Shown: positions 38,821 through 51,209 of the stretch, one piece after another
Layout: each line of letters opens with the position of its first letter
Position numbering within the stretch: the stretch's first letter is position 1
Source of the DNA: Podarcis pityusensis
Lineage: Eukaryota
Length of the DNA: 64,000 nt
Strand: one strand, 5' to 3'
NCBI GenBank assembly: GCA_964106645.2
Contig: OZ067043.1
Position numbers and translations under genes: made by a program
The notes under the pieces: model-generated
Databases searched by the model: none
What the model saw: only the letters and a program-made list of their open reading frames with translations
What the model was told of the DNA's origin: nothing

Positions 38821-41800
38821 TATCTCCAAATTCTACTAGCTGGAGGGCAGACCATAAGGAGTGATAGTCTTCACGTAACAAATGCTCCTTCTCTGAACCA
38901 CACTTCTCTGCCTTCCAATGCCATACCTCCTCCTCCCCATCACAATAGCAGCCCAGACACATCACACTCACCTCTGCTATTGCTTTCAGGGAAGTAACAT
39001 CATAAAGAGATCAAAGAGCATGTAAGAGCACAGTTAGAAGGCCATGACCACATTGAGTGGCGGAGGCTCATCCAACACACCTGATTCCTATAAGCTACAT
39101 GGCATTCTCCATATTCACCCTTCCTGCTACCTGCACAGCAACCAAGCGTCAGCCATCTCTGGCCATGCAGCAGTAACTCAGTCCACACTAGGAAATTAAT
39201 TTATGTCAGCACAGAAACCCCAGAGTACACCATACCTTGTTTTCTCTCAGGTACTATTTCCCACACAGTAAAGTGCCAAACGAAGAGTGAGTTCCCATTT
39301 GTATCAGTCAGTGACTGCAAAACCCAATGATGTCTTGCATGTGTGGAAAGACTATTATGGAACATCTGCTTTTACTTTAGACTCAATAGAAGCAGTTCAC
39401 ATGTTCAGCTGTGATGTTATTGAGTAATATAGTTGCCTGTGTGAATAAGCCTTAAGAGTACATGAAGTTTATATGTGGGCATATTCCACATTTCTACAGA
39501 GCGTTGAACTACATTCAAAGTTGAAACAGAATGACGGTATTTTTATTCTAATGAGAACCAAACTTGAACCATAATTGGAATCGTCTTATTGAACCTGAAC
39601 TGGAGCTAAGACAAAAAAAAAAAAGTTTTTGGATCACTAGTTAAGAGAAGTTCAGCATCTTTTTTTTCAAATTAAATATGAAAAATGTTGCTAAAATCAA
39701 GGATAATGTTGTTTTCATTATAAAACATTACTACAAATAACTAATAGACCTCAGAGTGCTCCCAGAGGTCTGCCCCACTATAATGAGAATTGAAAGAGAT
39801 TAACCCACTATAGTAAAGATGGGGAGGAGGAAGCGAAACTGGCGCAAGATGTACACCATATGTGATAGCATGCCTCAGGCACTCTCCCCAACAACACCAC
39901 AACACTGAGAAAGAGGTGTAATGCCGTCTGATTCCAGGAAGATAGTGGCTCACCAGTTTTACTATACAAACCATTTCCTGTACACACAGCTTAGTTCAGG
40001 TATCATCTATCCCCAAATACTTTGCTAGCAAATCAAGAGGCCAAAACCACTGCTTCCCACTCCCACTCCCACACCTTCCCAGCAGCAGCTCTCCTTAACT
40101 GCTCCCTAACAGTACATTCAATTCTGATTATTACTATTATATTTTGCTTCACGGGAAGAATGTTGGTTTGAAAAAGTTTGCGCAAGTAAACAAATTGACA
40201 GTATTTCCCCCTGGCTTATTTAGTCAAAACCTGGACCCAAACCCTATAAAATGCACCTGAAACTAAAGTTTGAAAGGGCAAATACAAATGCTAGTTTGGC
40301 TGTTTCAGCTTCCAGGTTTACGACCCAATCCTATGGCTCTTGTAGCGCCCAACCAAGCACAATAAATTGGACATAACTACCTAAGGCCACACCAACCTTA
40401 GCACAACTGATATCAGATGCAGGATAGGACACAATTATCATTGCACTAGCACTTTTGCTTGTGCCACAGTGCTGGTGGAACTGGCTGAGCCACAACGCTG
40501 CATCAGCACAACAGTGTAGGCTGATATTACTGAGTCAACATTGTTCTCCTCTGTCAGATATAATACAGCAAGTGTAGAAAAGTAGCACAATCAGGAGCAG
40601 GCCACACAGTTGCACCAATAGGAACCAGGTTGGGTCATGTTCTATCCTAAGGAGGCCTCTTAGCTACTCTGAACTGATCTACATTTGCATGTCCAGCCTA
40701 CAAAATTTAAGTGGGATAATAAGCATAATGGAATTGCAACTGACAGTAAAGTTCAATGGACCTGACATAAGAAGTCACTCATTGTAAGCCACACAATATG
40801 CTACTAGAAGAACAATTGTTTTGATTACCAGTCATGGGGTGCAATCTGACACTTACAACCATACTTTCATTCATTCTTCGCTTTCCCCCTGTAACCCCCT
40901 ACACACCACCAAGAACTGTTCCAGGTGGTCCCCCAACCCTCGGAGCAAAATTTGAGAGTGCATAGAAGCAGGGATGCCAACTGGAATAAATATATGGGGG
41001 GGCAGGTGAGTTCCACCCTGCATATTGATTACAATAGGTGGTGTACACACACCATCTGAACGTCAATGCCCATCAACTTTGGGGGTGGTGCCCCCGAAAA
41101 TATTTTATTGGGGGAGGGGCAAAGGGACCTCAGCCCCTCGGAGTTGGCTCCTATGGTTACAGTGACTGCTGCGGCTGGAGAGGATGTTTTGTTGCAGCTG
41201 GGGCAGATGTGCTGATGCAGGTGGACCATGGTGTTTATTCTTCCTGTGCGCCTCCCAGCGATCATTCCTCCCCGGGTCACTGCTGTGAATACACAACCAG
41301 ACTGATTGCCTCCAGTTGTTGTGGTTGTCTACAATGTATTCCCACACAGTAGGCTTCAAGTTGACAGACTTTGTGTCATGTTTGGGCCTGGTGTCTGAAG
41401 CCAGTAGAGTCCTTTGAAAGCAACTGAAATGAAAGTAGACTCTGTTGAAATCAATTATATTTACTTGCATGTAAATATATTTAGCACTGGAGTGTTAAGA
41501 GTCTTGACTCACCTCTCAGGCCTTTGATTCACCCACCTGACCCATCTACCAATACAAAGACTAGGGTATAGGAATTAATGTCTTAATAGACAACAAAAAT
41601 TGGAATGTTGGTAGTTTTATTTGCAGGGGGAAAAAAAGTTTGTCCAGAACTCTCCAACTCTGTTTGGTGCTGAGGTTCAGCTTTGGAGCATGTTAAATAA
41701 CAATAAAGAAAATGTCTCTGAAAATATATTGAGTGTAACAATTACTGTCCAGCCTTATATATATATTAACTACTGGGTTTATTCCTACTGACACAAACTA

Positions 41801-42699
41801 GATGTGCTTTACGCCTTTGGTCCCAAATGTGGTTCCTGTGGGCACTACAGGGTTCTTGAGACTGGTGGCTTGCATGGACACTGCTATTTTCTTGTGTTTT
41901 CTTTTTCTTTTTTCACCATTGGTTGGCTGTCTGGAAAGCAAAATGCCATCCTCTCCTTCCTTTCCCTAGAAGGCCTCTAGCTCTAGGCCCCATGTGGGCA
42001 TGTTTTACCTGCTTTGTTTGTGGGTGTTGCCTGCTTTTTCTTTCCTTTGGTGGGGAGCTGGTTTGTTTGAGGGTTATTTTTTTAATAGCGCTTGGTTTTG
42101 TCTGTTTCAGTTGTGCAGTCTCCTTATTTTGTCTGTGCTTTATTTGTTTTCGGGTGTGTTGGTGTTGCTTAAAGCTGTGATATGTGTTTCTGGGTATTTC
42201 GTGGTACTTACATTATAGGTTTCCAAATGTAACCCAGGCCCAAAAACAGTTGGGAGTCCCTAATTTGGACTTATTTAGCACTTTTGAGTCAACCTACCTT
42301 TCAGAGAGGACAACCTGTCTGGAGTTCATTCCTGGATTCTGTTTCTTACTTAAAAGGACACGTTGAATTCACTTCTTGATTCTGCAGCTCACTTAGGTTT
42401 GGTGCAGCTCCCACGCCTTAAAATGTTTAGAATACATTTCAATCCACCTATATGAGGGGCATCTAAACCCTTTTTGCCCTACTGCCTTCTGTCTTGTACA
42501 CCAGGGCTCCTCTCTTTCTCATTCCTGCATTGGAAATAAGCAGCAATGCTGACAAACCCGCTTTCCATTTTCTCCAAGGTGCAGCAGTAGACACAAGTCT
42601 GGCGGGAGGGCAACGGGGTGGGGTGGGAGAGAGAGAGAGAGAAGTGAACGTTTTTTCGTTTGCTACAGTCGGAGCAATCTGACATTGACCCTTCAACGT

Positions 42700-44780
42700 G
42701 ACCTTGTCTGGGCCGTCTCCTTAGTAACGGAGACCCAGCGAGAGAAAACCTGCAGATCGCCTCCTTTAGCTACCTTTCTACCGGTCTGATGTCACTATTC
42801 CCGGGTGGCAAGGGGTGGGTGGGTGGGGGGCCGTGGAAAAGGAAAGGAATCTTCGAGGAGAGATTAGCTATTTTGCTTCGCGGCGCGGGGAGGAAAAATA
42901 AGATTGTGGCGCGGAGGGCACACTCACTACACGTAGCCTTAACTTTTGGCCCGCCTCCTTTACCCGTCTCTGCGCTGATCTGGCAAAAAATCCTTGCAAG
43001 TTTAAGACAGAGAGATTAAAAAAAAAAAAAAGCGTGCTTGCATCGTTTTGGCGGCTTGGCTCGTATCTAGGGCTAGAGAAGAGCTCTTCAGTGACGTCAA
43101 AACCCTATAGGGAGCCCTGGAGATGACAGGGGCTTGGGCGGGAGCGGGGTTTGGGATCCGTACGAAAGGTAGATGCAGCAAAGGGAAAGCAGCAAGAAAA
43201 GGGGCGCGCGCGCGCGCGCCAGCTTGTGCTTGGGGGGCGCGCGCGATTTCCTTTCAAGTGCGCGGCATAAGTTCCTTCGAGCCCCAGGCCCTCCGCGAGA
43301 GCAGGCAGGGCCCCGTCCGTTCGTCCGGCGACGCGGGACAGGGAGGCCTGCTGCTGCCCGCCAACAGCATCGGGGGAAAGAGGCGAGTGGGAGGCGCCCT
43401 CGGCGGGACTCGCCCTCCCGCGCAAGGCCTTCCTGCTTTTGCCGGCAACTCGCTGGCGCCTCCTTAAATCTCTGCCGTTAGAATGTGGGCGGGTGTTTCA
43501 AGTCAAAGAGCGCTCAAATGTTTTTCCTTTTCAAAAAAAGCTGNNNNNNNNNNNNNNNNNNNNNNNNNNNNNNNNNNNNNNNNNNNNNNNNNNNNNNNNN
43601 NNNNNNNNNNNNNNNNNNNNNNNNNNNNNNNNNNNNNNNNNNNNNNNNNNNNNNNNNNNNNNNNNNNNNNNNNNNNNNNNGGGCTGCGACCGGCGAAGGG
43701 TTCCTGCAGAGGGGGCTGCTTGCTTGCAAAGAGCCGGGCGAAGAGTGGCGACCCCGGCAGGCGCTTTTTGCAGGAAGCTGCCTTTGCCTCTCCGCAGCCT
43801 TTTCCAGAGCGATGCGAGGCAAAGGCTCCTGTCAAAGAAGCGACGGCGGCAGCTCCTGACCCGCCACCCCCCCCCCCGGCACCTCTCTCTCCCTCGCTGC
43901 CGCCCGCGGTTGAATGAAGGCGGGGAAACCAGCAGCAAAGCGACGCCAGGAGAGAGGCGCGGACGCTCCAGAGAAACGGCGGCGACTCCTCTCCCGCGCA
44001 CGCCTGTGCACAGGCTAGAGATCGCTGGTGACCGCCGAGCTCCGCCCGAAGCATGCCGCCGCCGCTGCCGGGTCCCCGGAGCCCCCGTCGCCCTTGGTCG
44101 GGTGGCGCGGAGCAGGGGGGACTCCTGCGCTTCCAGCAACCTCGGGGAAGGGAGGCAGGGAGGGAGGGCAGCCGATCTGGCAGCTCCGGCTGCGGTTAAC
44201 TCCTTCGCTGCCGCTGCTTGGAGAAAAGGAAGGTCCTGGGAGCTGGTTTGTGCGACCCCCACGAGACTACGAGGGGAGGTTCTTCGGTGGAAAGGAGCGC
44301 GCGTCGGATCTCGGGCGTCCCCGCTGGAAAGAGCGGTGAGTCCTTTCCTTTTCCCCCCATCTCCGCTTCCCTCCCCGCCTCCACCTTGTTCTTCACCTTC
44401 TCTGCTTCTCCTCGCACGTTTGGCTTAGCGCGGCCGTGTTTCTCTGGCCGCGTACTACACTGGCTGCAAGGGTACATATCAATTTATTTCCCACTGGCCA
44501 AGGTCCTCCAGGAGGGGGGGAGCGTTGTGCGTGTTAGAGGTGCAGAGATCTGCTTTTCAAGCGGAGCTGCAGCAGTGTGCGTCACGTGTGAACCCAAGGG
44601 GCGGGCTTTTGGCAAGGAGCTTCTTTACGAGTATTTACTACAAGGTCTACTCCAGAAGATTAACATCCCCACTCCTTCTGTCAGTTTCCGATGCCATGCC
44701 CGGCTAAAAAGAGCGATAGTAATAATAATAACAATAAAAATTGCAAGCGCAAGTCATCTGCTCGCTGCCGATCGTCCGCA
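42700..44780 (+). promoter_or_regulatory. CpG island / CDKN2C promoter and long 5' leader
   Basis: Dense CpG. Perfect CRE TGACGTCA at 43092-43099, E2F-like GGCGCG/TTTTGGCG motifs, CHR-like TTCAAA at 43530-43535. Candidate 5' UTR donor GCG|GTGAGT at 44335/44336. Confidence 0.85.
43544..43680. other. Assembly gap (137 N)
   Basis: Run of N inside the CDKN2C CpG island. Confidence 1.
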
Positions 44781-44784
44781 AGGA

Positions 44785-44913
44785 ATGGCCGAACCTTTTG
44801 CGAATGAGTTGGCGTCCGCAGCTGCCAGAGGGGACCTAGCGCAACTTAAAAATTTGTTGGAAAATAATGTAAACGTCAATGCACAAAATGGATTTGGGAG
44901 GACTGCGCTGCAG
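44785..44913 (+). CDS. CDKN2C: Cyclin-dependent kinase inhibitor 2C (p18INK4c), first coding exon
   Basis: MAEPFANELASAAARGDLAQLKNLLENNVNVNAQNGFGRTALQ is the p18 ankyrin repeat 1 region. CAG|GTTGGT donor in phase 0. Adjacent to FAF1 as in other vertebrates. Confidence 0.98.
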
Positions 44914-46179
44914 GTTGGTATCCAGACGGACAGAGGCAATCTTTCGCCACTAGGTGAACTGGTTTGACGGGGACGCGAACCGTTTTTAAGAGGGGAGGAA
45001 AAAAAAAACACCCAGCATTTTTTAAAAAGCGAGTTGGTTGCCATATTTTATAACTTTAGCGGTTCCAACTCCCTAAAGTGACGTACTTTAAGTAAAACTG
45101 GTCAGTAATGCTTTTAAAAAAATATCTGTAGACTAACTCGTCCACACGTTAATTCGATTTTTTTTAAAAAAGAAAAACAACCCTTTTTCTGGGGCAGGGA
45201 AGCAAGTGGCGGAGGGGGGAGGGGGAGGGAACGAAACCATCCGGGCTAGGTCGTCTTTCACTGCAGGTCGGTAAACACCTCCTTTCTATTCTTTGAAATC
45301 CCGATAATATGTTTAGCTTTCTAAAAGCGGGGGTGCTCTCTTTCTGATGGGAGCGAGGTCAGTTTGGGGCTTCACTCTCCTGCTCTCTTTCTCTCTCTCC
45401 CCGCGGTGATCGCTCCCCCCCCCCCCAAGTTTACTATCTGCACTGCATAGCTAAGATGTACATTAAAATAGTTGGGCGATCTGAATCTCTGGAAAGACAG
45501 TGCCCTGGATTATTATTTTTAAAAGTGTTTTGGTGGGTCGCTACGCGGCGAAGATTTCCTTGCCGTAGGTACCATCCTTGTATACACCCATTTCCACTGT
45601 TTAGATTTAGAGGCGGCAGCTGGAGCCCTTCCAGTTCCTAAAATCCTGGACCCGCTGAAAGATGTTTTCTTTTAAGAACATCGCATAACGGTGCTGAAAG
45701 TGTTACAATGCACGAGGGAAATAAAAGTGGGGGGGGGGGGGACAGTCACGCAAGAGATGTGGAAACGTAGGTGAAAGCCTGCGACTGGGGTTTTTTGGGT
45801 GTGTTTTTTGTGCCAGGCAGAGGATCAAGAGTGCAGTTGGGACTACTGATTAGGCTTCTCAAAGAAAAGGGATTTGTGCTTTAAACTACAAAAAGGTGAT
45901 CCACATGTCTCATATGTTGGTGGGTGCTAAAGAGAGAGAGAGAGAGAAACAGAAGCCCCCTTTTGTAAGGGAGTTAAAAAATAATAATAACCCTGCCTGT
46001 GAGCTATCTCTCCCCCCCCCCCCCACTTTACAATTCCTTTCAATAATCCTTAAATTATTTCCTTTTCTGAGAGCAATGACAATGCCCAGAGGTCTTCTAG
46101 GCTCTTTTTCTCCTACCGACCTACAAATAGGAAAGCTTCAAGGCCCACAGGGCCGGGAGGTTGTTGAGTAAAGCAGGGT

Positions 46180-46207
46180 TTGTGTGTGTGTGTGTGTGTG
46201 TGTGTGT
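46180..46207. repeat. (TG)n microsatellite in the CDKN2C intron
   Basis: Direct reading. Confidence 0.95.
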
Positions 46208-48669
46208 AGGTTTCTGCCTCTAAAATGGATCTCCAATTTCTCTTCTAAGTGCAGAACCAACGAGTTGTTGCAGGAGCAGATCACAACAATTGAATGGCAC
46301 ATTTTGCCATTTTAAAAAATAATTACAGGGGTGTATTTTCTAGGCAGAGATGGATCAGGGAACTCTCTTGGCTGCCCGTGTATCTTTTCCAACACCCACT
46401 TTTTATTGCTCCTTCATCGTAAACAAGGATTTGACGCACACTACCAAATGTGCACACAAACAAACGCACACACTCCTCTAGAATAAAAGCTAAACATAGA
46501 AGAGGCTGACTACTTATTTTCAGTATGTATAATCCAGAGAAAACTAGTGGGTGGATGATAGAATTTGAGAAAGTTGATAGTCAACACAGTCCCCAATATT
46601 GCTTACTCTATATTATACCAAAGAAAGTGAAAACACACTTTGGCTTTGGTCCTCTAGCTCATCCAGACAGCATTTCGCTATTATTTTCTCTGACCTTTTC
46701 TCCTTCCTCACCGTCTGCATTTTGAATTTGGATGTTTTAAAGCAGGCCTCTCTCTCTTTTAGATTTGGCCAAGCTCTTAGGCCTTTTCTTTCGTATCTGT
46801 CCCCTTCCCTTGTCAAAACAATACTACATCAGCAACCTGCACATCTGAAATGGTATACTAAATGAAACTTGTTCCACATCCTGATCCTGCTTTCCTTACT
46901 TACCTCAAATTGCACAAGGTGTAATAAGGCCCTGCTGAGTGAGAGTTTAAAATGTTTCGGGAGTCCCTGTTGTGTTGGAGGTGTTGGGAAGCCACTCACC
47001 TTGCTGAGTGTTTTGCAAATACTTAACATTACTATTAATTTCCAGAAGACTTAGCAGTCCTCTTGGCCATTTGCAGCCCAGACCTGCCTGAGAGAAGTCA
47101 GATGATATACAGCAAAGCATGCAGGTATCGCCTAGTCAATATTCCACATTGTAGATGCCATTCACACTTACTGCTGTTGTATCGTCTGGCTCTCACTTCC
47201 CCACCCACCTCAACAAAGTTTGGACATACTTATTTTTACAGCTCTTTCCAGTTTTGTTTACTGTAAGTGTTCCCCCTTGTTTATGCTAAGAGAGGAAGGC
47301 AAAATTCCTTGCAGTAGAAAATTGTATGGAGCAGATAGGCAGACAGACAGATAGCTATTCCTTTCGAGAAGAGTGGGTAGAATAGAGCTGGGGGTGGGGG
47401 GGGTGGAATTGAAAGCAAATAAGGAACACATCATGCTTCAAAACTGGCTGTTCCAAAAAGAAAAGAACTTGACCGAAACATAACCTTCAATGTGTGATAT
47501 TACAAAAGAACTGACTGCAATTTTCCCCCAAGTCATTATGAAGATTCAGAATGCCTGAGGGTCTCTCTGAACTAGGCAGACCTGTTCCTGTGCTGAAAAA
47601 TATTATGCAGGTTCCATATTGCAATTTTTAAAATTATTTATTTTAAAATGGCAATATCAGACTACCTTTGCCTTAGCAGGAAGCAGTATGAAAGATGCTG
47701 AATCATCAGAGCCATCCTTCTAGTGGCAGTTGGAGTGCTTTCACAAAAAGTAAAAAAAAAAGGGGGGGGAAGGACCTTTAGGGAAGCCAACAACCTTTGA
47801 AAACTTTTCCATTCAAACAAAGCCTAAGAATTTGAGGAATATGTTTGTCCCTCTCCATTTATTAGAGGAAACCAGGATGTGTGTTCATTTGCATTCTTGT
47901 GATTATAGAGATACCAAATGAAACTAAGATTGTGATCTTCTTATGCACTTTTACTTGAAATTAAGGCTAACTGAATTCAGTAGAAGACTCTTCTGAGTAA
48001 AGACATTCATGAGGGTGCACTGTCAACAGGTGTGGCACACCTGCTGTTCTCAATTATTCATGTGTCATCTTTTTAAAAAACAAGCAAACTTTTTAGTCTA
48101 AAATATGGACCTAACAGGGTTGTGTTGTAGCTCACTGCCAAGGCAGGAGCAGAAGAACTCTGTTCCTAGTACTATTCCAGCCCTCTCATCTCATCATTGG
48201 AACTGACTCTCACCTTTACTGAAGTTTTCTCCTTTCCCTGGCTCAGTCTGACAGAGTTTCCTTTTGGGTCTGACTCCGTTTTTTTATTTCCGTGTGTCAT
48301 GGTCCGTCCCCCGCGCACTCCCCCCCCCCCCAAGAAACACATCTAAAGTAAATGCCCCAAAGCTTGCATTTCTACCAACAAGTCAGTGCAGTTCAATGTA
48401 TTATCTCAACCTGCTTATGTGCCTTTGACTTCTGATATCATCTGTTCTGATATGACTAAATCGCACTTGAAGGTTAACAAGGGGGTGGGTGGGAAGAGTG
48501 GGATTATTGAATGCTTACGTGACTCCCGACCATGGTGGGATGTTTTGGGGTTGTTTTTTTTAATTACAATAAACCAACTGCTAAACAGACACTTTGTCCG
48601 CCCCACCTCATGATGAGGACGAAATATCAAGATGGGAAACAGTTTTATCTCAAGACCTCGTTATTTCAC

Positions 48670-49960
48670 TCGAGGAAACGCGCCTAGGGTACAAAACCCC
48701 TTGGGTTTCAATGGGACCCGCTCTCCAAGGCTGAGGTCAGCGCGCAGGGGCTGAGGGGAATGATATTGGCGGGGAAAACACACGGAGGTTCCCTGAACGG
48801 TTTCGCTCTCCGCCTTCAGGATCCTCCGTCGCCAAGAAACGCACACCCGCACGTTTTAAGTAGGTCTGCCACTTCAATTATTCCCTGCTCTGCGTCAGAA
48901 GAGATATCCTCCCTCGCGACTCTTCTGGGGAATTGAATCCTTCGTAACCCTAAGAGGAAAGAATATCCCCCCATCGCCTCAGTAGAATTATCTCCTTTAA
49001 TTTTGTTTTTCCCCCTCCCAGCACAGAAATTCTGAGGGGCAATGGTGACTGGGCAGGTGGAACTTCTCCATCACCTGCCTGGGAAAAGACCTGAGCCTCT
49101 GCCTTTGTCACCTGGCTGTTAAAAGCGGGCTGGGGCGAGATGGCATCCCTTAGGAAGGGAGGCAGCGGAGCCCCGAGGACGGAGCAGTCAGGGGAGCTCG
49201 AAAAAGACAGCAGCTGGCGCCACCTTCTTCCACCGAAATGGTGGCGTAGGGAGGGCAGAGGATAATCGTTAGGTGCGCCCCCCCCCACGAGCCCTCGACC
49301 CAGTGAAATACAAATCAATAGGCTGGGTTCTCCGACCCAGGTCAAGCGACGGCTCTCTGAGGTAAGGACGCCCTAGGGTGCTATGGTGAGGTACAGGCTC
49401 GCGTAACGTGTGAACGCAACTCAGCCGTGTGTTTTTTGTTCCCCTCCCTCTCCCCCTTGTCTTTCCCGCCTTCTCCCGTCAGGTGATGAAGCTGGGCAAC
49501 CCGGAGATCGCTCGGCAGCTGCTTCGGCGGGGCGCCGACCCGGACCTGAAGGACCGCACCGGCTTCGCCGTCTTGCACGACGCGGCGCGCGCGGGCTTCC
49601 TGGACACGCTGCAGACTTTGCTGGAGTTCAATGCGAACGTGAACGTGGAGGACGCCGAGGGCAACCTGCCCTTGCACTTGGCCGCGCAGGAGGGCCACCT
49701 GCCCGTCGTGGCCTTCCTGCTGGAGCGCACGGCCAGCCGCGTGGGGCACCGCAACAGGAAGGGCGACACCGCCTACGACCTGGCTCAGCTCTATAGGAGG
49801 AGCGCCGTCGCCAAGCTGCTCGAGGGCCGCGCAGGAGGCAGCGGGCGGACGGAGGGCGCCGCCGGCAGCGGGGACTGAAGCCCCTGGCCGCGCCTGGCTC
49901 GCTCGGACTCCGGCAGAAGGAGGGAGAGCCTCTGCCTTCCCTGCCCACCCTCCACCGCCC
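48670..49960. promoter_or_regulatory. Intragenic CpG island over the end of the CDKN2C intron and exon 2
   Basis: High CpG density from about 48670 through the stop codon. Confidence 0.7.
49483..49878 (+). CDS. CDKN2C: CDKN2C second coding exon (ankyrin repeats 2-5 and stop)
   Basis: Polypyrimidine tract and TCAG| acceptor, then VMKLGNPEIARQLLRRGADPDLKDRTGFAVLHDAARAGFLDTLQTLLEF...GNLPLHLAAQEGHL..., TGA at 49876-49878. Spliced product is 174 aa. Confidence 0.98.
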   Translation: MMKLGNPEIARQLLRRGADPDLKDRTGFAVLHDAARAGFLDTLQTLLEFNANVNVEDAEGNLPLHLAAQEGHLPVVAFLLERTASRVGHRNRKGDTAYDLAQLYRRSAVAKLLEGRAGGSGRTEGAAGSGD

Positions 49961-51209
49961 CTTCTCCCCCTGTCCCGTCTCTCCATCTTAACCAAACCAC
50001 ACCAGTAAATATTGTAGGTCTCTTTCCATTGCAGACGTGGGGGTGATTTTCTTTCTTTCTCTGGAAGAAGAAGAAATATCACGCCAGTAGCAGCAGCTTT
50101 TCTCAAAGGCGGGAGAATAAAACCAGCCTGACGGCCGGTGGCTTTCTCTCTCTCTCTCTTTCTGTCTCTCTCTCGCTCTGTGCCTCTGTCTCTCTTAATT
50201 CTTTTTTTACTCGGTTTATTCCGTCCCTTAAAAAAACAAAAAACAACCCTCCCCTGCCAACACAACTTGCATAAGGACCTTCTTTATGTTTGCAGATGAC
50301 TTTCCTCTTTCTTCTTCTTTTAAAGATCTTTGAAAGTTTACTGTGATTTCTCCTCCCCTCCCCTGAATATCATCTTGCCTAACAAAAGTTAAAAGAATAT
50401 GAAAAAAACACATGAAGGAGTGTGTGACATGATGTGAAAAGGGCTTCTTTGCCCAAAAGGGGGAAGAAAGTGGGAGGGGAATAAGAACTTCGGTTGTGTT
50501 TAGATACATCTAGATACTTAACTAGATGGTGACACTAACAAAAGCTTTTAATTTTGTATTTCTTGCGATTGTGGCTGCCATCCTAAACCATTTGCAGTGC
50601 AATCCTATATGTGTGTATTCAGAAGGAAGTCCCACTGAGTTCAATGGGGCCAAATCCTGGATTGCAGCCTTGATTTGAAGAAAGTGATGTTGAAATAATT
50701 GGGATTTACTTCAGAGTAAACGTGTTTAGGATTGAGGTTTAGTGGGTTAACAGAGTGTGTCTGTGCTGGGGCAGGGGAGGGAGAGAAGCAAAACGTGTCT
50801 GGGTGTTTGTTTTAATGTCGAAGGTTCAGAAATTCATCAGGAAAAAAGTATTTGCTTTTTATAGATTTGTTTATAAAGATCAGTTTTCCCCTCGCTGAAT
50901 TTCACATGAATAAGGTTTTACCAATTTGCTTTTCACAAAATGATATTATGACCACAAACACAGCAGTTTCGAAAACTGACCTTGCAATATGGAGATTAAT
51001 TCATAAGATTAACTTGTGTTTACTGCCTTTTGGGGAGTGCTCCAAGAACGAGTCTTGTTTGGTTGAACACCATTTACTCCAGATAGTTCCATTTGTTCTC
51101 ACATAATGAAGCCAGAACAAGAATGTCTTGTTATGGGTTAAGATTTGAAAACCGAGGTCAAAGCCTGCTTTTAGAAAGTCAATGAATCATCTTAAACGTC
51201 ATTATATTG

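Noticed and set aside
43439-44428. ORFs spanning the N gap
   Set aside because: The frame across the gap is unknown, and GC-rich promoter/UTR sequence lacks stops by composition.
49383-49406. MVRYRLA* resembling the ARF N-terminus (MVRRFL)
   Set aside because: Only three residues match, it stops after 7 codons, and neither nearby donor gives phase 1. Treated as coincidence.
49381-50265. 294-aa antisense ORF over CDKN2C exon 2
   Set aside because: Shadow ORF from very high GC3 plus low-complexity (GA)n sequence; non-ATG start and no recognisable domain.
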